A stretch of DNA of 64,000 nt from Fidelibacterota bacterium (GCA_018673925.1 JABHBL010000019.1:45960-109959); one strand, 5' to 3'. Positions 20,323-30,349 are shown, counted from the stretch's first letter. Program-made: numbers and translations. Notes: generated by a model from the sequence alone, not told the origin.

Positions 20323-21347
20323 CTGTTGGATCTCCGGCGTTGATAGCGATTCACTTTATTATTGTGCTCGCGGAGGGTTTTAGAAAAATCGTGAGCACCA
20401 GTGCCATCATTTTTTCCGACAAAATATAAGAAATCTGTTTTTTCAGGGTTGAGAGCGGCATGGATGCTGGCTAATCCAGGGTTGGCAATCGGACCTGGTG
20501 GAAGCCCCCTTTTTAAATAACTATTGTAGGGATCATTTATTGCAAAATGTTTGCGCTGCAAATTTCCATTCCATTCGCCCCGCCGCACCAGCATATATAT
20601 CACCGTTGGATCGCAACCGAGGAGCATATTTTTTTGAATTCGATTGTGATAGACTGAGGAAACCAATCTTCGTTCATCTTCCCTGGCTGTTTCTTTCTCA
20701 ACCAGTGAGGCAAAGGTGATAAGACGTTGGAGATCAAATCCCAGAGCTGCTGCTAGTTCAAGCATCTCTGGATCCACACTCTCCCTAAAGTGTCTAACCA
20801 TTTTTGCCATCACCATAAATTCATCACTATTTTCCAGAAAACGGTAGGTCTCGGGAAATAGTGTACCTTCGAGATGTGTAAATCCATCCCCGGCAATACT
20901 GAGTAGTGTTGAATCAGTGAGAAGGCTCATCATTTTGAGTGAGTCCAAGTTTAATTGGCGGCTCAGAATTCCGATGATTTCATCAGAGCGTAAACCTTCT
21001 GGGATAGTGACCGTAACCTCTATTGCCTTTGCATGTGCTAGCGCTTCTATGGCTTCAGTATTTGTAAGCCCCTTTGGAATGGAATAGGCACCGGGATAGA
21101 TGGCTCGAGTTCTATTAAGTAATTTTGCCGCTACCTTGAATGATTCTGGTGAGGATATAATATCTGCCTCGTAAAGTTGCTGGGCAATAGAACTCAACGA
21201 GCTTCCATCACGAATAACTATATGGGCAAGTTCGTCGTCAGACTTGTCTGGTCTTGAATCAAAAACAAGATAGAGACTAGTAATGCCCGCCAGACAGAGA
21301 ATAATGAGAGCTGTAAGAGCGTAGCGCATAATCCTTTTCAAGCACAA
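20319..21347 (-). CDS. mltG: endolytic murein transglycosylase MltG (YceG family)
   Basis: N-terminal TM; YceG core ...LVEKETAREDERRLVSSVYHNRIQKNMLLGCDPTV...LPPGPIANPG; stop overlaps the pcrA start. Confidence 0.85.
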   Translation of the reverse strand: MCLKRIMRYALTALIILCLAGITSLYLVFDSRPDKSDDELAHIVIRDGSSLSSIAQQLYEADIISSPESFKVAAKLLNRTRAIYPGAYSIPKGLTNTEAIEALAHAKAIEVTVTIPEGLRSDEIIGILSRQLNLDSLKMMSLLTDSTLLSIAGDGFTHLEGTLFPETYRFLENSDEFMVMAKMVRHFRESVDPEMLELAAALGFDLQRLITFASLVEKETAREDERRLVSSVYHNRIQKNMLLGCDPTVIYMLVRRGEWNGNLQRKHFAINDPYNSYLKRGLPPGPIANPGLASIHAALNPEKTDFLYFVGKNDGTGAHDFSKTLREHNNKVNRYQRRRSNR

Positions 21348-21470
21348 ATTCCTTTCTAAAGTCTATCAATATAGAAGGGGTCATTTGGCATGTCAACGAG
21401 TGTAAATATTTAAACAAATAAATGATTTTTATTTGCGCACCTATTTGTCACCATCTATATTCGCCGCGCT

Positions 21471-21701
21471 ATGATAAGTGAAGGCAACAACGACACCAAA
21501 CACTGGCTCTCTGAGTTACCCTTTACGAGAACAAATTATTTTCTTTTCATAGCAGGGCTTATTGTCATTATTCTTGGATATGTGTTGATGGGTACAGGCG
21601 AACTAAACAGTGTACAAGCACTCTCGGTTTCGCCCATTGTACTGCTCATTGGTTACCTGGTAATTATTCCAGTCTCCATCATGTACAGGAAAAAAGACTA
21701 A
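21471..21701 (+). CDS. DUF3098-like small membrane protein
   Basis: 76 aa, two TM; pattern resembles the Bacteroidota DUF3098 family. Confidence 0.45.
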   Translation: MISEGNNDTKHWLSELPFTRTNYFLFIAGLIVIILGYVLMGTGELNSVQALSVSPIVLLIGYLVIIPVSIMYRKKD

Positions 21702-21717
21702 GCCATTTGAAATTTTT

Positions 21718-21792
21718 GGGATCGTAGTTCAGCTTGGTTAGAACGCCGGCCTGTCAAGCCGGAGGTCGCCGGTTCGATCCCGGTCGGTCCCG
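21718..21792 (+). tRNA. tRNA-Asp (anticodon GTC)
   Basis: manual cloverleaf: 7 bp acceptor GGGATCG/CGGTCCC (one G-U), D-arm GTTC...GAAC, anticodon loop CTGTCAA, T-arm GCCGG-TTCGATC-CCGGT, discriminator G; near-identical to E. coli tRNA-Asp; CCA not encoded. Confidence 0.85.
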
Positions 21793-21795
21793 CAT

Positions 21796-21826
21796 TAAGC
21801 TCCTGAGAAATCAGGGGCTTTTTTGT
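21796..21826 (+). terminator. intrinsic terminator immediately after tRNA-Asp (CCTGAgaaaTCAGG + T6)
   Basis: hairpin plus T-run; part of the 43 bp direct repeat. Confidence 0.6.
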
Positions 21827-21829
21827 ATC

Positions 21830-22078
21830 ATGAATTATTACATATACATATTAGAAAGCAAGACTGGCAAGTTTTACATCGGGCAATCGGCCAACCTTGA
21901 AGCGCGATTAGAAAGACATAATAGTAATCGTGTAAAGTCGACCAAATTCAAAGGTCCTTGGAAAGTCATATATACTGAGCGCTATTCTTCTCGAAGTGAA
22001 GCTATGATCAGGGAGAAGCAGCTCAAGAAATGGCGGAGGGAATTGCTTCTGAACCTTATTAAGGGTACAAGTCAATGA
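21830..22078 (+). CDS. GIY-YIG nuclease family protein (82 aa)
   Basis: YIYILESKTGKFYIGQSANLEARLERHN = GIY-YIG/URI motif; start taken at MNYYIY (the ORF track's upstream extension runs through the tRNA). Confidence 0.8.
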   Translation: MNYYIYILESKTGKFYIGQSANLEARLERHNSNRVKSTKFKGPWKVIYTERYSSRSEAMIREKQLKKWRRELLLNLIKGTSQ

Positions 22079-22080
22079 AT

Positions 22081-22150
22081 GGAGGTCGTCCCGACCAAGC
22101 GTCGGGATCGGTCCCGCATTAAGCTCCTGAGAAATCAGGGGCTTTTTTGT
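22081..22150 (+). repeat. tRNA-Asp 3'-end-like fragment plus second terminator copy (direct repeat of 21784-21826; the 8 nt GGAGGTCG of 21761-21768 is also repeated)
   Basis: 43 bp perfect repeat TCGGTCCCGCATTAAGCTCCTGAGAAATCAGGGGCTTTTTTGT at 21784-21826 and 22108-22150; the T-arm is replaced by an unrelated perfect 7 bp hairpin TCCCGAC-caagc-GTCGGGA. Confidence 0.65.
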
Positions 22151-22246
22151 TTCTAGTATCCTTCCTCAATCAAATACCAACTTTGACTAATTGAAAAGCA
22201 ATTTGGTTTTCTTATGTTAGTGGCCTATCATTTGGAGCCTCAGCGT

Positions 22247-25200
22247 ATGAATCGATATCAGTATTTTCTCACATTTGTTCTCGTTGCAATTCTATTTTCC
22301 TGTATTTCGAACAAACCAGTGAGCACCGATTATGACTATTCCAGTATGGATCGGACCACAAAAAAAGCTTACCAAAGTGTAGAACGATTTCTTGCCACTA
22401 ACACTAAGGCAGATTCTCCTCTCCGATTGAATAAATACACGAAAATTGATACCATCATCGTTGACTCTGATTCGCGGCAACTTCAAATCCATTTTAATCG
22501 GAATTTTGCCAACATACCTATTCGAGAAAATGTGGTCAAAGACGTGCATTCGAGTCTTAAAGATTTTTTAGGTGGAAAGTTTAAAGACTATAGTCTGAAA
22601 ATTTATGCTGTTGATTACCCTATTGAAGATCTCATCCCAAATTATTTTCGTGGTAGCAAACGTAGTTATGACCGCAGTAGGATGCCTATGCCTGAGAATA
22701 GGTCTCTCCCATTGGTCCGCAACTTGAGCCATAAATGGACCCCTTCTTCTGGTCTATATAATCGTAACATTGCACTGTGGCACAGTCATGGTTGGTATTA
22801 TGAGCAAGAGCTGCAGCGTTGGGAATGGCAAAGAGCTCGCGTTTTCCAAACTGTGGAAGATTTACTCCCCATGTCCTTTACGCTAAAGTATCTGGTTCCC
22901 ATGCTAGAAAATGCTGGTGCCCAAGTTTTTATGCCCCGAGAGCGTGACCTCCAGACCAATGAAATCATCATTGATAATGACACACCAGGTGTAAAATCGG
23001 CTTATCAGGAATATGACTCAAAATCAGAAAAGTGGAAAATGCTGGACCAACCAGGATTTGCCATTGGTACTCCACCATATGTCTCAGGAGACAATCCCTT
23101 TTTTATGGGAACATCCCGTCACATCAAGGCAGACACCAGTGGAAGCGCCAAAATACGTTGGATACCCAGCCTTCCAGAAGCAGGAAAATATGCAGTCTAT
23201 GTCGCCTATAGTGCTGCCGACAGCAACATAACAGATGCCCACTACACTGTTTTTCATACAGGTGGTCAAACTGAATTTATAGTCAATCAGCAAATCGGTG
23301 GTAGTACCTGGATATACCTTGGAATCTTTGATTTTAATCAGGATCTCAATGAGGATATCCATCGAGTTGAACTCACCAATAAAAGTACTGAATCAGGTAA
23401 ATATGTAAGCGCAGATGCGATCCGTTTTGGCGGCGGAATAGGAAACGTATCACGTGAAGGTCAGGTGAGTGGCCGACCAAGATTTGCTGAAGCAGCTCGT
23501 TATTATCTGCAATATGCTGGAATGCCAGATAGCCTTGTTTACAATTTGAATGAGGATGAGAGCGATTATAAGGATGACTATCAATGCCGTGCAGAATGGG
23601 TCAACTATTTGCGTGGTGCGCCCTATGGTCCAAATTTGGATCGTCAGACCCCTGGGTTAAAAATCCCTATTGATCTTTCCTTCGCTTTTCATACCGATGC
23701 TGGATTTACACGCAATGATACGGTTATCGGCACCTTATCCATATACAGTACAGAGGACTTTGAAGAGCGTGAAATTTTTCCTGATTCCATGTCACGAATG
23801 ACCAACCGGGATTTGGCAGACATTCTACAGACTCAAATTGTCAATGATATTCGTGCCAAATATGATCCAACCTGGACACGCCGCATGCTTTGGGATCGAG
23901 GATATAGTGAGGCTTACCGGCCCAATGTACCCTCCGTCTTATTGGAACTCCTCTCCCACCATAATTTTCTTGATATGAAATTTGCAAATGATCCTCGTTT
24001 CAAATTCGATGCAAGCAGGTCCATTTACAAAGCTATGGTTAGATACATTTCCACCCAATGGAATCTTGAATATGTCATCCAACCACTTCCAGTTTCGCAT
24101 TTTCAGGCAACCTTTACTGAAACTGGTGAACTGAGACTTCAATGGCTGCCTGTGCTTGATCCGCTAGAGGTGACTGCCTCCCCTGAAAAGTATATGGTGT
24201 ACACAAAGGTTGAGGATGAAGGATTCGACAATGGTATTGTTGTCGATAGTCCCTATCTCGATACCCCTGCTCCTGAAGAAGGTCTCATATACAGTTATAA
24301 AGTGACTGCCCTCAATTCTGGTGGTGAGAGCTTTCCTTCTGAGATTCTCTCCGTATGCAATATGGGTGGAGATAAAACACCTGTCTTAATTGTGAATGCC
24401 TTTGATCGCATCTCAGCAGGAAGTACCATTGAGACTGATGAATACCTCGGGTTCGTTGATCTCTGGGATGAAGGTGTCTCAGATGGTTATGACATGAACT
24501 ATATAGGCTCCCAATACGATATCCTGGCAGACTCACCATGGCTAGATGATGATGAACCCGGGCATGGTGCCAGTTTTGGGGATATGGAAACAACCCTCAT
24601 CCCGGGAAACAGTTTTGATTTTCCTCATTTACACGGGAAATCTTTACGCGAGGCTGGCCATTCATTTGTCTCATCAAGTGATGAAGCCATCTGGGATGGT
24701 CAATTAGATATAAACAATTATACCTTGTTGGATCTGATTTTTGGGGAGGAAAAGGAAGTTTCTGGTCCAAAGGATTTCAGCCCAAGAGATTTTCGTGGGT
24801 TTCCCAAGGCATTTCAAGAGAAAATCACTTCCTATACCCGATCAGGAGGAAATCTTTTTCTCAGCGGTGCCTATGTAGGATTTGATCTCTTTGACAATGG
24901 GAATGACTCACTGGATATGCAATTCGGTGAAGATATCCTCAAATATAAATTTCGAACAGATCATGCGGTGAAGACCGGTAAACTTAGTGTCGTCTCTCAA
25001 GATTTGTTCCAATTTGAAACCACACAGACTTTAGAGTTCAATACCCGTTTCCACCCATCAATGTACAAGGTAGAATCACCTGATGCCATTGAGCCCTCTG
25101 TTCCAGAAGCGCTCACCATACTACGCTATGGCGAAAATAATACTAGCGCCGCTGTTGCAGCCTCAGGGGAGTCTAACATAGTGGTATTCGGTTTCCCTTT

Positions 25201-25273
25201 TGAAAGCATCATTTCAGAAACCAGCAGAGATGAGGTCATGGCCTCGGTTCTTAAGTTTCTTGACTCCAAATAA
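22247..25273 (+). CDS. large secreted lipoprotein, possible Xly/golvesin-like carbohydrate-active protein with degenerate amidase_3-like region
   Basis: about 1000 aa; lipobox ILFSCIS after Met12; region ...IALWHSHGWYY...LVPMLENAGAQVFMPRERD resembles an MurNAc-LAA amidase_3 fold; beta-rich Ig/FN3-like segments; family assignment tentative. Confidence 0.35.
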   Translation: MNRYQYFLTFVLVAILFSCISNKPVSTDYDYSSMDRTTKKAYQSVERFLATNTKADSPLRLNKYTKIDTIIVDSDSRQLQIHFNRNFANIPIRENVVKDVHSSLKDFLGGKFKDYSLKIYAVDYPIEDLIPNYFRGSKRSYDRSRMPMPENRSLPLVRNLSHKWTPSSGLYNRNIALWHSHGWYYEQELQRWEWQRARVFQTVEDLLPMSFTLKYLVPMLENAGAQVFMPRERDLQTNEIIIDNDTPGVKSAYQEYDSKSEKWKMLDQPGFAIGTPPYVSGDNPFFMGTSRHIKADTSGSAKIRWIPSLPEAGKYAVYVAYSAADSNITDAHYTVFHTGGQTEFIVNQQIGGSTWIYLGIFDFNQDLNEDIHRVELTNKSTESGKYVSADAIRFGGGIGNVSREGQVSGRPRFAEAARYYLQYAGMPDSLVYNLNEDESDYKDDYQCRAEWVNYLRGAPYGPNLDRQTPGLKIPIDLSFAFHTDAGFTRNDTVIGTLSIYSTEDFEEREIFPDSMSRMTNRDLADILQTQIVNDIRAKYDPTWTRRMLWDRGYSEAYRPNVPSVLLELLSHHNFLDMKFANDPRFKFDASRSIYKAMVRYISTQWNLEYVIQPLPVSHFQATFTETGELRLQWLPVLDPLEVTASPEKYMVYTKVEDEGFDNGIVVDSPYLDTPAPEEGLIYSYKVTALNSGGESFPSEILSVCNMGGDKTPVLIVNAFDRISAGSTIETDEYLGFVDLWDEGVSDGYDMNYIGSQYDILADSPWLDDDEPGHGASFGDMETTLIPGNSFDFPHLHGKSLREAGHSFVSSSDEAIWDGQLDINNYTLLDLIFGEEKEVSGPKDFSPRDFRGFPKAFQEKITSYTRSGGNLFLSGAYVGFDLFDNGNDSLDMQFGEDILKYKFRTDHAVKTGKLSVVSQDLFQFETTQTLEFNTRFHPSMYKVESPDAIEPSVPEALTILRYGENNTSAAVAASGESNIVVFGFPFESIISETSRDEVMASVLKFLDSK

Positions 25274-25293
25274 ATTTCAAGTGGCATAGAACG

Positions 25294-25662
25294 ATGGGAT
25301 CTCATCCAATAAATTTAGCCTTTAGATTTTTGTTGGAAATTTCAGCTTTGATATCATTTGGGCTGTGGGGTTGGAAACTCTCAGAATCAGGATGGCGCTA
25401 TCTCCTTGTTCTGGTTGTCCCTCTCATATTTGCATTAGCCTGGGGTGTTTTTAATGTGCCAGAGGATCCCAGTCGATCCGGGAATGCACCCATCATCGTC
25501 TCTGGTGCTGTTCGTCTCGTTTTGGAGCTTGTTTTTTTTGCCCTGGCCAGCTTAGCTCTTTTTCAGCTGGGATATCAAAATTTATGGTGGATTCTAGGCT
25601 CTGCAGTCATACTGCACTACCTGATTTCATATGATCGCATCATGTGGCTTCTTGCACGATAA
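25294..25662 (+). CDS. DUF2568 (YrdB)-like small membrane protein
   Basis: 122 aa, 4 TM; LEISALISFGLWGW...pattern. Confidence 0.4.
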   Translation: MGSHPINLAFRFLLEISALISFGLWGWKLSESGWRYLLVLVVPLIFALAWGVFNVPEDPSRSGNAPIIVSGAVRLVLELVFFALASLALFQLGYQNLWWILGSAVILHYLISYDRIMWLLAR

Positions 25663-25668
25663 AAACTC

Positions 25669-26532
25669 ATGGAAATTGAATTAAAAACACAGTATTGGGA
25701 CAATCCCAAAGCCAGGAATGCATTTAAAGCATTTATCCTGAAAATTCACGGTCTAGATTTCACTGAATGGGAATCCCGAGGATATTGGGACAATGCCTAT
25801 ACCCCATTTTCCTATTTTAAAGATGGGCAAGTCATAGCCAGTGTTTGTATCTATTTGCTCGATGCAGTAATAGCGAATAGAAAAACTAAGCTAGTGCAGA
25901 TATCCGGTGTGGGAACGCACAAGGAATGGCGTAGACAGGGTTTAAGCCGGGAGTTAACCAATTTGGGACTGCGTTGGGCCAGAGGTCAACATGATGGTGT
26001 TTTCCTATTTGCCGATGACGAAGCCATTCCCTACTATAAGCACTGTGGATTCTCTCCCCTCGATGAAACTCTGGAATACTGTCATGCTGAACCAGTTCCA
26101 AAAAAGCAAGGAATCATTCCTCTAGATCCTTCAAATCAATCGGATCTGGATAAAATTTATCGATATGCAAAAAATAGAACACCAATCTCAAACAAATTGA
26201 GTGTATTCAGTTCAAAATTACTCATGTTTCATGCACTTTATACCATGCGTAACAAGATATATGAGATTCCAGATCTGGAATGTCTGGTATTTTTTGATAG
26301 GGAAGGCGGATTGGTAAACGTTTATGATATCCTGGGCAGGACGATCCCTTCCTTCGAGCAGGTATACCCCTACCTTGCTTCGGAGTTAGACAATAGGATC
26401 AATTTTCACTTCCATACGGATAATCTTGGAATCAAGGGAATCAAAACGGAAATCACGACGGGGAATAACACCTTTGTTAAGGAATCATTCCCCATATCGA
26501 CCCCCGCTTTTCCTTACACGTCAAGGGCTTGA
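25669..26532 (+). CDS. GNAT-family N-acetyltransferase
   Basis: acetyl-CoA motif A ...VGTHKEWRRQGLSRELTNLGL... Confidence 0.6.
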   Translation: MEIELKTQYWDNPKARNAFKAFILKIHGLDFTEWESRGYWDNAYTPFSYFKDGQVIASVCIYLLDAVIANRKTKLVQISGVGTHKEWRRQGLSRELTNLGLRWARGQHDGVFLFADDEAIPYYKHCGFSPLDETLEYCHAEPVPKKQGIIPLDPSNQSDLDKIYRYAKNRTPISNKLSVFSSKLLMFHALYTMRNKIYEIPDLECLVFFDREGGLVNVYDILGRTIPSFEQVYPYLASELDNRINFHFHTDNLGIKGIKTEITTGNNTFVKESFPISTPAFPYTSRA

Positions 26533-26569
26533 CAATAAGTGGAAGCGCGGTATAGCAAAAATTCTACTG

Positions 26570-28210
26570 TTAAACTTTAGGACCTGCGGCTATCACTTCA
26601 GCAGTAACACCATCCTCAAACTGCTTAAAATTTTCCACAAATTTTACCGCCAGATTCTGATAGCGTCTCTGATAATCTTCCTTATCAGCCCAGGTTGAGA
26701 TAGGATCAAGGATTTCTGAAGGTACATCAGGACAACTCTCAGGAATTTCGAATCCGAATACAGGATCTCGTCGAAATTTTACTGCATCAAGTCCGCCATC
26801 CAGAGCTGCATTTAGCAATGCCCGTGTATATTGGATACTGATACGACTTCCGACTCCAAATGGTCCACCTGTCCAGCCCGTGTTGATCAACCAGCAATTC
26901 ACATTGTGCGTGAGCATTCGGTCTTTCAGCAATTGGGCATACACATAGGGATGGTGTACCATAAAGGGTGCACCAAAACAGGCACTGAATGTGCTGATCG
27001 GGTCTGCTCCCAGACCAATCTCTGTACCACCCACCTTGGATGTATAGCCAGAAATAAAATGGTACATAGCCTGATCAGCGCTTAATCTGGAAATGGGAGG
27101 TAATACACCTGAAACATCACAGGTGAGCATGAAGATATTTTTAGGATTGCCACCGCGAGCACCTGGAACAGCATTGCTGATAAATTCCAAAGGATATGAG
27201 GCACGGGTATTTTCAGTATACATATCGTCATCCAGATCTAGATGTCGAAAACGACCACCAAAGACCACATTTTCTAGAATAGTACCAAACATTTGTGTCA
27301 CAGCATAGATTTGTGGTTCAGCTTCCGGATTCAGGTTGATCACCTTCGCGTAGCAACCGCCTTCAAAATTGAAGACGCCATCATCACTCCAACCATGTTC
27401 ATCATCACCGATAAGTCCACGATTCACATCCGCAGAGAGCGTAGTTTTGCCTGTCCCGGATAAACCGAAGAAAATGGCCACATCTCCTTTTTGACCCACA
27501 TTAGCTGAACAATGCATTGTCAGGACATCTCGTTTGGGCAGGAGGTAATTCATGATTGTGAAGAATGATTTTTTGATTTCTCCACCATATTTTGAACCAC
27601 CAATAATGGCTAATCTCTCTTCAAAATTGAGAATAATGAATGTTTCACTATGCAAATCATCATATTCCGGATCTGCTTTGAAATCAGGGGCTGATATCAA
27701 TGTGAATTCAGGCACATGCTCCTTAAGTTTTTCGTCATCACGTTCAACCACAAACATATTTCTGGCAAACAAACTATGCCAGGCATACTGGGTAATTACG
27801 CGAATTGGCATACCATAGTTCTCATCGGCTCCCACGTAACAATCCTGTACAAATACATCTTTGCCCTGGAGATAACCTTTGAGACGGTTTGACAGGTTAG
27901 CGAATTTCTTTTTCGTATAGGGTTTATTATGCTTACCCCACCATATATCGTTCTTGGTTGAAGATTCACGAACTACGAACTTATCATTCGCCGCACGTGC
28001 GGTGTGTTCACCTGTATAGACCAGGAGAGGACCATTATGGGCAATCTTGCCTTCTTCTCGATCAAGTATCTCTTCATAAAGTTCAGAAGTGGATAAATTC
28101 CAAAAGACATCGTTCAAATGTTTTAACCCGTGATTTTCCAATCCATGATCACTGGCTAAGGTTCCAGCATATTGAGATTTTTTCATTTCATCGCGTAATT
28201 GACGTTTCAT
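26570..28210 (-). CDS. pckA: phosphoenolpyruvate carboxykinase (ATP)
   Basis: kinase-1a GLSGTGKTTLS, family-wide N-terminal LYEE motif; start set at Met17 (MKRQL). Confidence 0.9.
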   Translation of the reverse strand: MKRQLRDEMKKSQYAGTLASDHGLENHGLKHLNDVFWNLSTSELYEEILDREEGKIAHNGPLLVYTGEHTARAANDKFVVRESSTKNDIWWGKHNKPYTKKKFANLSNRLKGYLQGKDVFVQDCYVGADENYGMPIRVITQYAWHSLFARNMFVVERDDEKLKEHVPEFTLISAPDFKADPEYDDLHSETFIILNFEERLAIIGGSKYGGEIKKSFFTIMNYLLPKRDVLTMHCSANVGQKGDVAIFFGLSGTGKTTLSADVNRGLIGDDEHGWSDDGVFNFEGGCYAKVINLNPEAEPQIYAVTQMFGTILENVVFGGRFRHLDLDDDMYTENTRASYPLEFISNAVPGARGGNPKNIFMLTCDVSGVLPPISRLSADQAMYHFISGYTSKVGGTEIGLGADPISTFSACFGAPFMVHHPYVYAQLLKDRMLTHNVNCWLINTGWTGGPFGVGSRISIQYTRALLNAALDGGLDAVKFRRDPVFGFEIPESCPDVPSEILDPISTWADKEDYQRRYQNLAVKFVENFKQFEDGVTAEVIAAGPKV

Positions 28211-28337
28211 TACATTCCCAAATTTTGTGATAATTATTGTCACTACAAGAATAAACATGTGATTTCAACATGCAAATATTTGTTTCAAAAAAAACTCCGC
28301 CATTTGGACGGAGTTTTGAAGCTAAACTGTCTATATA

Positions 28338-29126
28338 TTATTGAGGAAATCTAACCTTTGTCCACACCTCGATATCATTTTGATCCATTCCTGATCCAGG
28401 GCTACCTCCACCTCTTTGACCGCCGCCACTCTTACCACCCCCCATGCCGCCAGATCTACCTCCCCTTTGACCACCACCCATGCCACTATTCATACCACCG
28501 GAACGACCACCAGATATGGCAGGTCTCTCAATAGTGGATTCCAGACCGAGTCCCAATTCATCCATATTGAATTCATCACCAAGCATGGCTAGAGGAATCT
28601 GGTATTCGATAAAAATGGTTTCATCAATTGAGTTGGCAGATGCCAGGAGATCTGCGGGCCCCAGACTTTTACCTGCTTTGGTTTCAGTAACAATTAGAGT
28701 CAAATCCCCGTCAAACATATTAGGGAGCTCAAGTCTTCTTTCTCGATCCTGGTTGCTCCGCTGTTGTCCTCTACGGGAGGCTCCAGAGCGTTTCTCTCCA
28801 GACACTATACCCTCAAATTTGATTCCAAGATCTTGGCGCTTCCCGCCTTTTGCATCCAACCAGAGTACGAGCCCACCCATGGCCAGTTGACGCCTGAAAT
28901 CCTGGTCAATACTGCTGATGGCAACATACAGATAATTTTTATTATGACTCAACCCAAGAGCAAACTTCTCTCCTTCTGGAATCTGAAATCGACCTGTCCA
29001 TTCTGATCGCTGACCATCGGTTCTAAATTCTTCTGTAGCGACGTGGCTGAGGTAGGTGGTACTACTGCAGGCATTCAATATGAGTAACAGGGTTATTAAT
29101 ACTGAGATATTCAAAGTTTTGTTCAT
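28338..29126 (-). CDS. hypothetical lipoprotein with Gly-rich C-terminal repeats
   Basis: lipobox LNACSS; C-terminal GGRSGGMNSGMGGGQRGGRSGGMGGGKSGGGQRGGG low-complexity repeats. Confidence 0.4.
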   Translation of the reverse strand: MNKTLNISVLITLLLILNACSSTTYLSHVATEEFRTDGQRSEWTGRFQIPEGEKFALGLSHNKNYLYVAISSIDQDFRRQLAMGGLVLWLDAKGGKRQDLGIKFEGIVSGEKRSGASRRGQQRSNQDRERRLELPNMFDGDLTLIVTETKAGKSLGPADLLASANSIDETIFIEYQIPLAMLGDEFNMDELGLGLESTIERPAISGGRSGGMNSGMGGGQRGGRSGGMGGGKSGGGQRGGGSPGSGMDQNDIEVWTKVRFPQ

Positions 29127-29203
29127 TTCAATTCCCTATTTGATATAAGATCCATGTCACACCTTTGACATGGATATCTCAAAATGGTTAAGATGTGGTT
29201 TTA

Positions 29204-30349
29204 TTATTGAAGTAGTCGAGTAATTTTCTTTATGAGAATCGCTGAAGCCTGCTGCACCAGTGCTTCATCACAAAATCGACCCAAAGAAATCCTGATGGTT
29301 CCCAGCTGATAATTCAAAGGAATGTGCATGGCTTCAAGAACACCAGAACCTTTCCCGTCGGCGCTATGACAGGCGGCACCTGCTGAAAGCATGACCTCAT
29401 CTAGGTTTGCCAGGATATCCAGGGCATTTAGTTGAGCAAAGCTGACACTCAGCGTATTGGGAAGTCTCGCTGTATTGCCGGCATTGACCCGAATTTCAGG
29501 AAATGCCTGCTTTAAACTTGCTTGCAGTCTATCACGTAGATTCTGTTGTCTGAGAATCTCTGATTCTAGTTTTTGGGAAGCAATTTCTGCTGCCATCCCC
29601 AGACCCACTATCTGAGCTACATTTTCAGTTCCTGCCCGCATTCCGTTTTCATGATTCGCACCATGTATGAGGGGTTCCAGATCCACCCCTTTCTTGATGT
29701 AGATCGCGCCAACTCCTTTGGGTGCGTACAATTTATGACCGGCCACGCTCAAGAGGTCACAATCTAAATCGCTAACATCGACGGGAATTTTTCCAACAGA
29801 CTGGGCTGCATCTGTATGAAATACAGCACCGGCAGTATGGGCGATCTCGGCTAACTCATCAATAGGTTGAAGACTACCAATCTCATTGTTGGCGTGCATC
29901 ACTGATACCAGAATGGTTTTTGAAGTGATGATCTCTTCCAGGTCATCAACCTGGACCACGCCTTGGCCATCGACAGGAAGATAGGTGATTCTGAAACCCT
30001 GATGTTGTAAGTATTGAACCACGTTGAGGATGGCGGGGTGTTCAACTTTTGACACAATAATATGCTGACCCTTACCAGCCTGTCTGGATGCAATACCTTT
30101 GAGCGCCATATTGTTGGATTCTGAGCCTCCAGAAGTAAAAATGATCTCCTCTGGCTTACATCTGATCAGACCAGCTACTTGCTCTCGAGCAAAATCAATG
30201 GCCTGTCTATTGTATTTTCCGAGACTATGATTGGAGGATGCGTTTCCAAAATGCGAATGATAAAAAGGCTCCATGGCTTCAAAAACCATTGGATCTATGG
30301 GAGTAGTAGCATTGTAATCGAGGTAAATATTTCCATTGGCTAATAACAT
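29204..30349 (-). CDS. cysteine desulfurase (NifS/IscS-like, aminotransferase class V)
   Basis: 381 aa; PLP-Lys in SVAGHKLYAPKGVGAIY; catalytic Cys in LSAGAACHS. Confidence 0.8.
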   Translation of the reverse strand: MLLANGNIYLDYNATTPIDPMVFEAMEPFYHSHFGNASSNHSLGKYNRQAIDFAREQVAGLIRCKPEEIIFTSGGSESNNMALKGIASRQAGKGQHIIVSKVEHPAILNVVQYLQHQGFRITYLPVDGQGVVQVDDLEEIITSKTILVSVMHANNEIGSLQPIDELAEIAHTAGAVFHTDAAQSVGKIPVDVSDLDCDLLSVAGHKLYAPKGVGAIYIKKGVDLEPLIHGANHENGMRAGTENVAQIVGLGMAAEIASQKLESEILRQQNLRDRLQASLKQAFPEIRVNAGNTARLPNTLSVSFAQLNALDILANLDEVMLSAGAACHSADGKGSGVLEAMHIPLNYQLGTIRISLGRFCDEALVQQASAILIKKITRLLQ

